A stretch of 64,000 bases of DNA from Bryobacteraceae bacterium (GTDB lineage: Bacteria; Acidobacteriota; Terriglobia; Bryobacterales; Bryobacteraceae). Positions 44,438-53,809 of this stretch are shown piece by piece; within the stretch, counting starts at the first letter, position 1; the number at the start of each line of letters is the position of its first letter. The notes beneath the pieces were generated by a model, which was given only the letters and a program-made list of their open reading frames with translations, searched no databases and was not told where the DNA came from. The stretch lies in contig DASYCD010000256.1 in the NCBI GenBank assembly GCA_036500405.1, positions 5,816 through 69,815 of the forward strand, in the 5' to 3' direction. Made by a program: the position numbers and the translations under genes.

Positions 44438-45709
44438 TTACCTCTTTACAGTGATCTTCAGACCACCCTGCGTGTTCACTCCCTGGTAGGTGCACTGGAT
44501 CGGGTTGTCGCCGTCAGTGGCTCCATTCGGGATTACGACATTGAGCTGGTAAAGACCGGGGCTCACCACGCCGGCATAGGTAACTGTCGCCGATGCGTTG
44601 TTGATCTGACAGGTTGGCAACACGGGAAGAGGGCTCGACTGGGTATTGGAGCCCGGAACCAGCGTGTCCTTCGGCAGACCGAAGCCGCTCGTCCACAACA
44701 CTACGGTTTCGCCAACAGACGCGGGAGTCGAGAAGCCCGTAAAGAGACTGGTGGGGCCCAGTATCCTGTAATCGGCGTGGGTTGCTGTTACGTAGGGCTT
44801 GCTTCCGTCCCACTGGAACAGCGAGGGGGTCACCTGAGTCTCAGTGACTTTAAACGCCGCCGAAGTGGCTGAGCCATTCGAGACAACTACGTCGACCGGT
44901 CCTGTCGTGGCGTCGAGCGGTGTCAATGCATTGATTTGATCCTGCGAAGTGCAAACAGATCCCGGCGCAGTGCTGGCGGCGCAATAGAAGTAAACGTAGG
45001 CCGTTTTGCCGTTCACTTTTACGCTCACGCCATTCAGCGAATCCGGCATCAATCCATTTGCGAATGAAGGGGCATTGCTCCAGAGCGCGCCGCCCACTGG
45101 TGTTCCAGCTGGGGCCAGGTTCGTACCCCGGATTGCGATCCACGTATTTTGCGAAACTCCCGTGCCGTATGCGGCTGCCGCAGACGCAATGACCGGGGTA
45201 TTCCCGCCGCCGGCGCTCACAGACACTTGAACGCTCACGCCAGCCACCGATTGCAGCGTAAGGTTGCCAGCCGACGTTTTCATCGGGCTGGCTGTGGGAA
45301 ACACATTCGTGGTGCCCTGAGTGGCGGCCTGGCTGGCAGACAAGGTATAAGTCGAAAACACTGGATTGCCTACAGTCAGGTAATCCGGAGAGTCGTAGTG
45401 CCAGACGCCTAGCGTCTGCTCGTCCTGATGGACGAAGACGGACTGGTTGTCAGCAAGAGTGAACTTTCCAGCTGGCCCGAAGTCCGCCGCCGCAGGTGTT
45501 CCCGAAGGTGTTGAGTAATCCTCCGCGCAGCACGGGGTTCCATGGGTCACGCTTGACGTATCGGTAGTAAAGGTGATCGAGAATGGCTGGTTGGTGAACG
45601 CCGTAGCGCCGACGCTGCCAGTCGCATTACCGGAAAAGACAATGGTCATCGGCGCCGCCAGAACCGGAGATGCAACAAGAGCTGCCAGCAGCAAAAAGCG
45701 TTTGATCAT
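44438..45709 (-). CDS. Secreted protein with C-terminal Solibacter-type (TIGR03437-like, IPT/Ig-like) domain
   Basis: It has a signal peptide. The C-terminal 230 aa read NTWIAIRGTNLA...VSVKVNGKTAYVYF...PSLFQW...YAGVVSPGLYQLNVVIPNG. Confidence 0.7.
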   Translation of the reverse strand: MIKRFLLLAALVASPVLAAPMTIVFSGNATGSVGATAFTNQPFSITFTTDTSSVTHGTPCCAEDYSTPSGTPAAADFGPAGKFTLADNQSVFVHQDEQTLGVWHYDSPDYLTVGNPVFSTYTLSASQAATQGTTNVFPTASPMKTSAGNLTLQSVAGVSVQVSVSAGGGNTPVIASAAAAYGTGVSQNTWIAIRGTNLAPAGTPVGGALWSNAPSFANGLMPDSLNGVSVKVNGKTAYVYFYCAASTAPGSVCTSQDQINALTPLDATTGPVDVVVSNGSATSAAFKVTETQVTPSLFQWDGSKPYVTATHADYRILGPTSLFTGFSTPASVGETVVLWTSGFGLPKDTLVPGSNTQSSPLPVLPTCQINNASATVTYAGVVSPGLYQLNVVIPNGATDGDNPIQCTYQGVNTQGGLKITVKR

Positions 45710-45877
45710 TTATGTGAAAAGCCTCCGGGCCGCATTAAGGCAACTGGGATGCCAGAAAGCAGACTTGTGAGTAACACGAGTAATTCACAGGTGAAACTAT
45801 TGATAATCACGCACATAGCGACTTACGCTTGTGAGCGCACTCACCTTCCGGGGGATTTAAAGGAATAAAAGTGCCAC

Positions 45878-47647
45878 TTAGCTGGTGCACTTTCCGCGCC
45901 GCGAAACCATCGCATTGCCCACGAACAGGAAATCTATTCCCGTTCGCAGGAACGTTTCGACCGCCTCTTCGGGCGTGTTCACAATGGGCTGACCCTTTAC
46001 ATTGAAGCTGGTGTTCAACACCATCTCCCGACCTGTGGTTTTTCCCATGGCGCGCAGCAGCGCGTGAAAAGCCGGATTGCTGGTGGCCGATACCGTCTGG
46101 ACGCGGGCGGATCCGTTCACGTGAGTGATTGCCGGCAACTGTTCGCGATACGGCTTGCGGACGTCGACGGTCACGATCATATAAGGAAGCTTCGTTCCCG
46201 GCTCGACTTCGAACCATTGATGAACCTGTTCCTCGGAGACCGCGGGGGCGAAGGGTCGAAACGCTTCCCGCATCTTCACCATGGCGTTGACGCGGTCGCG
46301 CATTTCCACGCGGCCCGGATCGGCAATGATGCTGCGATTGCCGAGAGCGCGGGGACCGAACTCCATCCTGTCGCGATACCAGGCGAGCACATGCCCACGC
46401 GCCATCAGGTCCGCGGCTTTCGCGCAGGTCTGGTCGAGACTGTCAAAATGTTCCACCTCGATCGAGTCGCGAAAACGCGCAAATGCGGTGTTCGTATCCT
46501 GCTGGCCATATCCGGGCCCGAGATAGGGCACGGGAAATCGCTTGTGGTTCACTTCGCCCGCCAGCATGGCGCGATAGAGAGCGGCGCCGAGCGATGAGCC
46601 ATCATCGGCGGCGGCGGGCTGAATGTAGATTTCATCGAACAGACCGGAACGCATCAGATGGCCGTTCGCCGTGCAGTTGAGCGCTACGCCGCCCGCGAGC
46701 GCAAGCCGCCGCTGTCCGGTGCGCTTGCCCCAGGACCCGCAGAGATGCAGAAAAGCGCGGTCCAGGCACTCCTGCAAACCGGCCGCAAGATCGCGATGAC
46801 GATCAGTGATTTCGGAATCCGGCTCGCGCACTTCCATCAATTCCGAACTCAGATAGCGCCGAGTGGCGAGATAGTTTTCCCGTTCGTCCGGCGTGCGATT
46901 CAGGGCGAGGATCGGAATCCGGATTGTTCCGTCATCCCGCAGTTGCACCGTCTTTTCGAAAAACGGCCGAAACCGCGCGGGATCTCCATACGGCGCGAGT
47001 CCCATAATCTTGTATTCGTCCGAATTGAAATCGAAACCGAGATGCAGTGTGATCAGCGAATACAGAATGCCGATGGAGTCATGAACGGGAATCCACGCCA
47101 CGCGATCGAGCGAACCGCCGCGCGCCAGAAACGCGGACGCGCTTTCCGCCTCGCCCATCCCGTCAATCACAACCGTGAGGCACTCATCCCAACCGGACGT
47201 GCATGCCGCGCTGGCCGCATGCGCCTGATGATGACTCACCTGAACAACGCGATCCTCCGGATAATCCGGCAAATGTTTGCGCACCAGGTCAAGCAGAGCG
47301 GCTTTCGAATACACCTCCGCATATCGCGCGGCCGAAATCGTGCCCGCGGGATAGAACTTCGCGTAGGGAGAATAATCGAAACCGTGAGCGATCTCGTCGA
47401 TATCGCTCATCTTCAGCCCCGCCTCGCGCATGCAGTATTGAATCGCGTTGATGGGGAATCCGGCCGTGTGCTTCTGACGCGTGAAGCGCTCTTCCGCGGC
47501 CGCGGCGACACAGACGCCATCCACGATCAGCGCCGCCGCCGAGTCATGGCCCTGTGAGATACGGTATTCGCGCTCGTCCAGATTTGGCCAGTGGCGCTTC
47601 TTAAAAGGAACGGAGGTTTCGAGTCCGCTGATTCCGATGATGTTCAT
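45878..47647 (-). CDS. Carbamoyltransferase (NodU/CmcH family)
   Basis: MNIIGISG...HDSAAALIVDG...AAAEERFTRQKH and the C-terminal NTSFNVKGQPIV are family motifs. The start was trimmed to ATG 47647. Confidence 0.9.
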   Translation of the reverse strand: MNIIGISGLETSVPFKKRHWPNLDEREYRISQGHDSAAALIVDGVCVAAAAEERFTRQKHTAGFPINAIQYCMREAGLKMSDIDEIAHGFDYSPYAKFYPAGTISAARYAEVYSKAALLDLVRKHLPDYPEDRVVQVSHHQAHAASAACTSGWDECLTVVIDGMGEAESASAFLARGGSLDRVAWIPVHDSIGILYSLITLHLGFDFNSDEYKIMGLAPYGDPARFRPFFEKTVQLRDDGTIRIPILALNRTPDERENYLATRRYLSSELMEVREPDSEITDRHRDLAAGLQECLDRAFLHLCGSWGKRTGQRRLALAGGVALNCTANGHLMRSGLFDEIYIQPAAADDGSSLGAALYRAMLAGEVNHKRFPVPYLGPGYGQQDTNTAFARFRDSIEVEHFDSLDQTCAKAADLMARGHVLAWYRDRMEFGPRALGNRSIIADPGRVEMRDRVNAMVKMREAFRPFAPAVSEEQVHQWFEVEPGTKLPYMIVTVDVRKPYREQLPAITHVNGSARVQTVSATSNPAFHALLRAMGKTTGREMVLNTSFNVKGQPIVNTPEEAVETFLRTGIDFLFVGNAMVSRRGKCTS

Positions 47648-47663
47648 TTGCCGGCGTGTAGGA

Positions 47664-48902
47664 TCAAAGGTGGATGGGGCCGTCCCCGTCTCCCCGAGTG
47701 ATGTGAACGCGATCCCCCCGTGGATCGCATTCACTCAGAAGAGCGGTAAAGGCCTTCGAGGCGCCCAGAATATAGTTCGACGGGCCTTCGATGAAGCCCG
47801 CTATGCGGCAGGCTTGCCGCCAGGAAGAGTGACTTTGATTGGTCACGACGATATCGGCGTCGCGCCTCACCAGAATGCGCAGCGCCTCTTCCATCACCGT
47901 GGCTTCTTCGCCCGGCACGGCCAGGCAATCCACCACGGAACCCACCAGCATGTTGCCGAAATACTTGCTCTCTTCCATTCGCGTGCAGAGCAAAACGGCC
48001 CAGCCAACGGTGCGATCCCGCCGCAGCACGCGGATTCGAATGAATCTGTCACTATCGGGCGGATACAGGATGTTGAGGATGTCAGCGGTGCGCACGGCGA
48101 TCGTCGAATAGTGATCGCCGCATTGGCGCCAGATATCGTCCGCCCAGCATCCGAAGGCGGAAAACGATTCCGCGAATACGTCGCAATTTCGAGAAAGCTT
48201 TGCCAGCACGCCATGGCGAAGCGTAGTGAGTTGCCGCGCTGCCCAATGAGCCAGCTTGGCGCCCAACGAAGCAATACCGGACCATGCCGCCAGATTCAGC
48301 AGCAACCGGCGAAGCGGCGACGTCCGCAGGTAGCGGATCTCCCGCGCAAAAGCGCGACCATGCTGAATCCGGAAGTAAAACGGCAGGGCGCTGAAACTCC
48401 ACCCCATCGCCTTGTGTACCTTCGCGATCGACGCATCGAAGCTGCCGATCCCCAGATCGTAGGCAAGCGGCTGCCGGCGCAGCGCGTCCTGCATAATCTG
48501 AATCCCCACCAACGCATAACGCTTATCGACAATGCCTTCGGAAATCGGCATCTGACAGCTTCCCACCGTCCGGATTTCGCCGCCGCACAGGAATTCCTGG
48601 AGCTTGAGCGTATATGCTCCGCGCACGCCGGTGTCATCGAGAGCCAGAAAGATCTCGCGATGCAAAGTCCGGTCCGGCGCCTTGGGCAGCCAGACCGCCG
48701 AAGGAGTGATGGGAACGCTGAAAGAAATGTTCGCGGGCGCAACCCGGCGGTTGAAGTCTGCGACGGATTCGCTCAACTCTTCTGTATACGGCCGGATCTG
48801 GATGCCCACAATAACGAACGTTCTCGGGTGCAATTTGAGTGCCGGAATACAAAGGCTTTCGTTGCTTGTAATTAAAGGACTTTTCGCGACCGCCAACTCC
48901 AC
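47664..48902 (-). CDS. Hypothetical acyltransferase-like protein (GNAT/FemAB-superfamily-like)
   Basis: This 412-aa ORF ends 16 nt upstream of the carbamoyltransferase start. Its composition is protein-like, unlike the antisense ORF 47481..48875. The family call is weak. Confidence 0.45.
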   Translation of the reverse strand: MELAVAKSPLITSNESLCIPALKLHPRTFVIVGIQIRPYTEELSESVADFNRRVAPANISFSVPITPSAVWLPKAPDRTLHREIFLALDDTGVRGAYTLKLQEFLCGGEIRTVGSCQMPISEGIVDKRYALVGIQIMQDALRRQPLAYDLGIGSFDASIAKVHKAMGWSFSALPFYFRIQHGRAFAREIRYLRTSPLRRLLLNLAAWSGIASLGAKLAHWAARQLTTLRHGVLAKLSRNCDVFAESFSAFGCWADDIWRQCGDHYSTIAVRTADILNILYPPDSDRFIRIRVLRRDRTVGWAVLLCTRMEESKYFGNMLVGSVVDCLAVPGEEATVMEEALRILVRRDADIVVTNQSHSSWRQACRIAGFIEGPSNYILGASKAFTALLSECDPRGDRVHITRGDGDGPIHL

Positions 48903-48954
48903 CGGGAGGTTTCAGAAGCAACATTGGCCGAAAGTGTGCTGTTTTTGCCTCTCC

Positions 48955-50430
48955 ATGACTCCGCTCGAAAATGATGAGATTGATCGTGCTTCGGCCGGGT
49001 CTTTCCCCGCCTCTGACCCGCCGCCGTGGACTTTGGGGCCGGAACAGACCGATTGCCGGATTGAACATGACTCCATGGGTGAGGTCGCTGTTCCCTCACA
49101 TGCGCTTTATGGCGCACAGACGCAGCGGGCCATTCTCAACTTTCCGATCTCCCACCACCGGCTTCAGCCGGAATTTGTCCGTGCGCTGGGGCTGATCAAG
49201 GCCTGCGCTGCCGAGACGAACGCCGAGTTGGGTGCGCTGCCGGCCGATATTGCCGGACGCATTGCCGCCGCGGCTGGAAAGATCTCTCAGGGCGAGTATC
49301 TCGATCAGTTTGCCGTTGACGTTTTTCAGACCGGCAGCGGCACGTCCACCAACATGAACGCGAACGAAGTGATCGCCCATCTGGCCGGCTGCCATCCGAA
49401 TGACCACGTGAATCGGAGCCAGTCGAGCAATGATGTGATCCCATCGGCGATTCACATCGCCGCGGCACGCCGAATTCACGGCGAACTGCTGCCCGCCATG
49501 GAACTGCTGCGCGGCACGCTCGAAGGTAAGGCGATGGAGTTTGCGGAAATCTTCAAGATTGGCCGCACCCATCTGCAGGACGCCACGCCGATGACGCTCG
49601 GTCAGGAATTCAGCGGCTACGAACATCAGGTGCGGGCGAATGCGGCGCGGCTCGAAGCATCCATGCAGGGCTTGCTGGAATTGCCGCTCGGCGGAACAGC
49701 GATCGGCACAGGGGTCAATGCTCCCGCGGGATTCGCCGCGAGGACCATTGAACGCATTTCGCGCATCACGGGGCTGGACTTTCATGAGGCGCGCAATCAT
49801 TTCGAGGCGCAGTCATCCAAAGACGCCGTGGTGTTCGTGAGCGGCGCTCTGCGAACGTATGCCGTGGCGCTGACCAAAATTGCTAACGACATTCGATGGC
49901 TCGGCTCCGGACCTCGCGGTGGGCTGGGTGAAATCCGGCTGCCCGAACTGCAGCCAGGGTCGAGCATCATGCCGGGCAAAGTCAATCCCGTAGTGCCGGA
50001 GAGCGTGCTGATGGCGTGCGCGCAGGTGATCGGTCACGACGCGACGATTGCCTGGTGCGGCGCCGCTGGCAATTTCGAGCTGAACACCATGATGCCGCTG
50101 ATCGCGTGGGACCTGCTGGACTCTATCAATCTGCTCGCGGCATGTTCACGCAACTTCGCGGTTCGCTGTATCGCCGATCTGGCTGTGGACCCGAAGCGCT
50201 CGGAAGCCCTGATCGAACAATCACTCGCGATGGCAACGCTGCTGGCGCCGGAGATTGGCTATGACAAAGCGGCCGGCATCGCAAAACGCGCCGCGGACAC
50301 TGGCCGTACCGTGCGGGAAGTCGCAGCGGAAATGAGCGGCCTCGATTCCGCGCGCCTCAATCAGCTGCTGTCGTTCCGTCCGCATGGAACAGGTGAGGAC
50401 GGAGATTCCCCGCTTCGTCGAACTCAATAG
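48955..50430 (+). CDS. Class II fumarate hydratase / aspartate ammonia-lyase family enzyme
   Basis: HPNDHVNRSQSSND and GSSIMPGKVNPVVPE signatures are present. The motifs are mixed between FumC and AspA. The start was trimmed to ATG 48955, because the track start overlaps the divergent gene. Confidence 0.85.
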   Translation: MTPLENDEIDRASAGSFPASDPPPWTLGPEQTDCRIEHDSMGEVAVPSHALYGAQTQRAILNFPISHHRLQPEFVRALGLIKACAAETNAELGALPADIAGRIAAAAGKISQGEYLDQFAVDVFQTGSGTSTNMNANEVIAHLAGCHPNDHVNRSQSSNDVIPSAIHIAAARRIHGELLPAMELLRGTLEGKAMEFAEIFKIGRTHLQDATPMTLGQEFSGYEHQVRANAARLEASMQGLLELPLGGTAIGTGVNAPAGFAARTIERISRITGLDFHEARNHFEAQSSKDAVVFVSGALRTYAVALTKIANDIRWLGSGPRGGLGEIRLPELQPGSSIMPGKVNPVVPESVLMACAQVIGHDATIAWCGAAGNFELNTMMPLIAWDLLDSINLLAACSRNFAVRCIADLAVDPKRSEALIEQSLAMATLLAPEIGYDKAAGIAKRAADTGRTVREVAAEMSGLDSARLNQLLSFRPHGTGEDGDSPLRRTQ

Positions 50431-51637
50431 GAAACGCAGGCCCGGCGATTTCGAGATCCGGATTCGCGTCGATTTCCCGGCGCAGATTTTCACTGAGCGC
50501 GAGGGCGCCGAGTTCCAGCGAATTGTGGATCCACGCGATTGTCACATCGGCGGGGTTGAGTTTGCCGACTGTTGCCATGAGCAGATCGATGCATTCGCGA
50601 TCGGACGGAAAGTGCAGGGGAATTCTGACCGTAGCCAGCGAGCCGGACGTCCTCGCATTCAGACCACTCACCTGCAGGTTCACGCGCGGCAGCACATCGT
50701 CATGTACAACATCGGCCAGGCCCACGCCCACCGCGTTGCCGCCGCTGTGAGGCGAGAGGCTGCGGATGAAAATGCGCTCGACGCGCGGCGTATTCGGCCA
50801 CGGGTTGTACTCCCCGTGGACCCCGCGGTTCACGACTTTCAGATCCATTCCGGTGCCGCTGATGTTCTTGCCAATTTCGTCCACAATCAGAATGTCCACC
50901 GCCGGAATGGGAATGCGCGGCATCCACGACTTGACAAGGCTCAGCAGTTTCTCTTCGCGTTCGATGAGTTGCGCGGCCGGCAGCACGGCGACCTCCGCGG
51001 TCTCGTGTGTAGCGTCTTCCAGAATCGCCAGTCCGCCGAGAACTTTGCCCGTTCCGAAAATCAGCTCGCCGGACGAGCGGATCACGCGGTCCATGCCGAG
51101 GCTGCGCGCATGAGAGTGCGACGTTTTCGCCCCCTCCAGCTTTCCAAGACCAATCGCCGCCATCTTCGTGAGACCGCTTTCGAGCGGGCCGGCGAAGCTC
51201 GTGTGCCACTTGATGCGATTGATCAGGAAGATGGCGTCGGCATTCCACGCGTCGCGGCTAACAAAGGTTTCAACGCCTAAGTTCGATTCGCCAAGCGAGA
51301 GAACATCGAGCGAGCTGACGATGGGGCACCCCATCGTCGCTTCGTCGATGCCGTAGTGTGCGAGCGTCGCGGCCTGACCTTCCGCGGTCCCGCCGCCATG
51401 ACTGCCCATCGCCGGAAAAATGAAAGGCCGAAAGCCGTTCGTCCGGAAGAATTCGACAACCGTTCCGACGACCGCGCTGATATTCGAAACGCCGCGACTG
51501 CCCGCGCCGATTGCGACCCGCGCCCCGGGCGACAGTCCTGCGGCGATGCCGCTTGCATCCAGTTCACGGCGGACCGCTCCAGCGACATCCGCCAGAGCTC
51601 GACGTGGAAAGTTTTGCCGTACTGGCAGAAGCAGCAT
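50357..51637 (-). CDS. LarA-like (lactate racemase N-terminal domain / DUF2088-type) protein
   Basis: This 426-aa protein contains IAIGAGSRGVSN...FPAMGSHGGGTAEGQ, which resembles the LarA-related family. The assignment is tentative. Its start overlaps the MEDS gene stop by 1 nt (TGATG). Confidence 0.45.
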   Translation of the reverse strand: MLLLPVRQNFPRRALADVAGAVRRELDASGIAAGLSPGARVAIGAGSRGVSNISAVVGTVVEFFRTNGFRPFIFPAMGSHGGGTAEGQAATLAHYGIDEATMGCPIVSSLDVLSLGESNLGVETFVSRDAWNADAIFLINRIKWHTSFAGPLESGLTKMAAIGLGKLEGAKTSHSHARSLGMDRVIRSSGELIFGTGKVLGGLAILEDATHETAEVAVLPAAQLIEREEKLLSLVKSWMPRIPIPAVDILIVDEIGKNISGTGMDLKVVNRGVHGEYNPWPNTPRVERIFIRSLSPHSGGNAVGVGLADVVHDDVLPRVNLQVSGLNARTSGSLATVRIPLHFPSDRECIDLLMATVGKLNPADVTIAWIHNSLELGALALSENLRREIDANPDLEIAGPAFPIEFDEAGNLRPHLFHADGTTAAD

Positions 51638-52200
51638 CAGTTCTTGTTGGATAAATCGTGGTTATGGGCCCGGGAAATCCGATCCCGAAGGTCCTGCCCC
51701 ACGGGCCGCAGCGCATCGAGAGAATAGCTGCACAAGACCGGGATATACTGCGATTCCTCGAGCGAATTCCAAAGCTCTTCCATCTGGACGGCGGCTTCCG
51801 CGCTGCCACAGGAACACATCTGGTTTACCGTTTCGCCATACACCCGCACTTTGCCGGAAGGTGCGCTGGCGATGCCGTGGCGAACCGCCACGCCGACGAA
51901 TGCGTCGAAAGCCTCCGGGCTCGGACTGTCGCGCAACAAATCGCTGCTTCCCACATCGAGAAAAATGAGCCGTCCCTCGCCTTCCAGACCGCGCGCATCG
52001 ATCGAATCCTGGGAAAGCGACTCGATGATAGCCTCGCGGTGTTCATCCGTGACCATCAGGACAACGGCCTGACCTCGCGTGATGCCTTCCGCCGCAAAGC
52101 GGGCCACCACCGGCACGATCTGCTCGAAGTTGCTGTAGGGGTAAACCATGTGCGTCTTCGGAGGCGGATCGGCAAGCAGCGCGGCTGTTTTCGGTGTCAT
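51637..52200 (-). CDS. MEDS-domain protein
   Basis: HMVYPYSNFEQIVPVVARFAAEGITRGQAVVLMV...VRVYGETVN...LWNSLEE...VLCSYS is the MEDS pattern. The start was trimmed to ATG 52200, 2 nt after the upstream stop. Confidence 0.6.
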   Translation of the reverse strand: MTPKTAALLADPPPKTHMVYPYSNFEQIVPVVARFAAEGITRGQAVVLMVTDEHREAIIESLSQDSIDARGLEGEGRLIFLDVGSSDLLRDSPSPEAFDAFVGVAVRHGIASAPSGKVRVYGETVNQMCSCGSAEAAVQMEELWNSLEESQYIPVLCSYSLDALRPVGQDLRDRISRAHNHDLSNKN

Positions 52201-52202
52201 GC

Positions 52203-52853
52203 TCAGTTCGGCAGAAGCTTCTTCACGTGATCGAGAAATTGCTCCGATGAAAACGGCTTCTGAAGAAATTCTACCGCCCCCGGCGTCATTTCCTTCTGCG
52301 AGAGCAATCCGCGCCGCTGGAGTTCGGGCAGACTGAACCCGCTGATATAGAGAAGACGCATGCAAGGCTGGAGGTTTTTCACTTTGCGCGCGACTGCCGG
52401 ACCGTTGCTCTCCTGCAGGACGACACCGGCACCAGCAGATCGATACTCTTCGAAAAGGTTCGCAGTGCTGCACGGCGCATGGTTCGTTGGCGCATTGGAG
52501 AATCCGGGCCTCCGTGCCAGGACGCGCTCGGTCACGTCGATGCCGCTTCCGATGTAACCCTGAAATGCGCCGTCATCGGCGTAGAACGGGAAGCCGCGAT
52601 CGAATATCCAGCGATATTCGCCGTCTGCGTGCTTTATCCGGTAGTGCGTTTCGAAAATTTCACGCCGGCCGAAAAATTCGAGGTAGGTCTTCAGGCAGTG
52701 ATCGAAATCCTCGGGATGTACGCCTTCTGCCCACTGATTGCCGGTCTCCTGGTCCATCGTGCGTCCGCGGAATAGAAGCCAGCGGTCATTGAAGTAGTCG
52801 CACTCCGTGCTGGTGTTCGCTCGCCAGATCATGATCGGGGCTTGTTCCACCAA
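52203..52853 (-). CDS. PAS-domain protein fused to a C-terminal partial receiver-like segment
   Basis: The PAS part is APIMIWRA...YFNDRWLLFRGRT...GNQWAEGVHPEDF...YRIKHADGEYRWIFDRGFPFY...GIDVTER. The tail RLLYISGFS...FLQKPFSSEQFLDHVKKLL is the last half of a REC domain. Only a TTG or GTG start is available. Confidence 0.55.
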   Translation of the reverse strand: MVEQAPIMIWRANTSTECDYFNDRWLLFRGRTMDQETGNQWAEGVHPEDFDHCLKTYLEFFGRREIFETHYRIKHADGEYRWIFDRGFPFYADDGAFQGYIGSGIDVTERVLARRPGFSNAPTNHAPCSTANLFEEYRSAGAGVVLQESNGPAVARKVKNLQPCMRLLYISGFSLPELQRRGLLSQKEMTPGAVEFLQKPFSSEQFLDHVKKLLPN

Positions 52854-52905
52854 TGCCCGGTATTCAATTGCCGAGAGCGGAAGCCACTTTGTCGATCCTC
52901 AGGAC

Positions 52906-53802
52906 TCAAGCAAACACGTCCCTCACCACGATGGACCCGGCGGTCAGCATCCAAGGGCAGTGCTGATAGTCGGAAACCCGCTCAACCTGTCCGTCCGCCC
53001 GGATACCGAGCCGGATAACCCCCTCGATTTCCCATACGCCATTCCGTTGGTTGACGACAACAATGGAGGGCTCGCCGTCAACCTCTCCCATCGCCAGCCG
53101 CCAAATCTGCTTCATCCGTGAGTAGACGCCAAGATAGTCACCAGCGGCGAAGCTGCCTGAATAGCGATCGGCCACCAGCAGCCGGGCGTCGGCGCTGATC
53201 AGTTCGCGAAGTCCGTCCCAGTCGCGACTGTTGAACCGGTCGACGTAAAGCCGCAGAATCTGCTGATTACCAGGCGTCGAGCCGCGTGGGGCGGCTGGCA
53301 TATTCTGCAGTGACTCCAGTTTCGACCTGCCGCGATTCAAAGCTGCTTTGACGCCGCCGGCCGTCGATTCGACCAACTCCGCGATTTCCTCCAGCGAATA
53401 CTCGAAGACATCCTTCAGCAGCACGCATGCGCGCTCCTTCGGCGGAAGATTCATCACCAGATGTTCGATCGCGGGGCCAATAGCCGGCCCGATGGGGTCG
53501 CCGGGCTCGGTGAAGTCCGGCGCCGCCACGGCCGCTTCCGCCTCGATCCGCACGCCGCGGCTTCGCAGAAAATCGATGCACTGATTGTGCGCGATGCGAA
53601 AAATCCACGGCGTGAGCGGACGGTTGTCGTCCCACATTTCCAGGTTGCGATAGGCGCGAAAAAGCGCGTCCTGCACCACGTCTTCGCCGTCCATGATGGA
53701 GCCGGTCATGCGGGCGCAGTATCGATGGAGCCGCGGCCGCAGGGGGCCGAGGGTTTCCAGAAATGCGAGATAGCGAGCTTCGAACTTTCCGGTGTCTTCC
53801 AT
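52906..53802 (-). CDS. ECF sigma factor with C-terminal SnoaL/NTF2-like extension (ECF41/SigJ-like)
   Basis: Region 2 is DGEDVVQDALFRAY...PWIFRIAHNQCIDFLR and region 4 is ERACVLLKDVFEYSLEEIAELV. A roughly 110-aa extension follows (LYVDRFNSRDWDGLRELI). Confidence 0.85.
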   Translation of the reverse strand: MEDTGKFEARYLAFLETLGPLRPRLHRYCARMTGSIMDGEDVVQDALFRAYRNLEMWDDNRPLTPWIFRIAHNQCIDFLRSRGVRIEAEAAVAAPDFTEPGDPIGPAIGPAIEHLVMNLPPKERACVLLKDVFEYSLEEIAELVESTAGGVKAALNRGRSKLESLQNMPAAPRGSTPGNQQILRLYVDRFNSRDWDGLRELISADARLLVADRYSGSFAAGDYLGVYSRMKQIWRLAMGEVDGEPSIVVVNQRNGVWEIEGVIRLGIRADGQVERVSDYQHCPWMLTAGSIVVRDVFA

Positions 53803-53809
53803 GTTTACT

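Noticed and set aside
45862-45876. TGGCAC-TTTTA-TTCC on the minus strand, upstream of the secreted-protein gene 44438..45709, as a third sigma-54 promoter.
   Set aside because: The -24 hexamer is perfect, but the essential GC at -12 is CC. The hexamer alone is expected about 30 times by chance in this window. I keep it only as a note.
50357-50430. The 74-bp convergent overlap of the fumarase/aspartase-family gene and the LarA-like gene as a sign of mis-annotation or antisense regulation.
   Set aside because: Both C-terminal ends look natural compared with my recollection of family ends, and neither ORF has an earlier plausible stop. This is probably just a compact convergent junction, and I cannot test it further without alignments.
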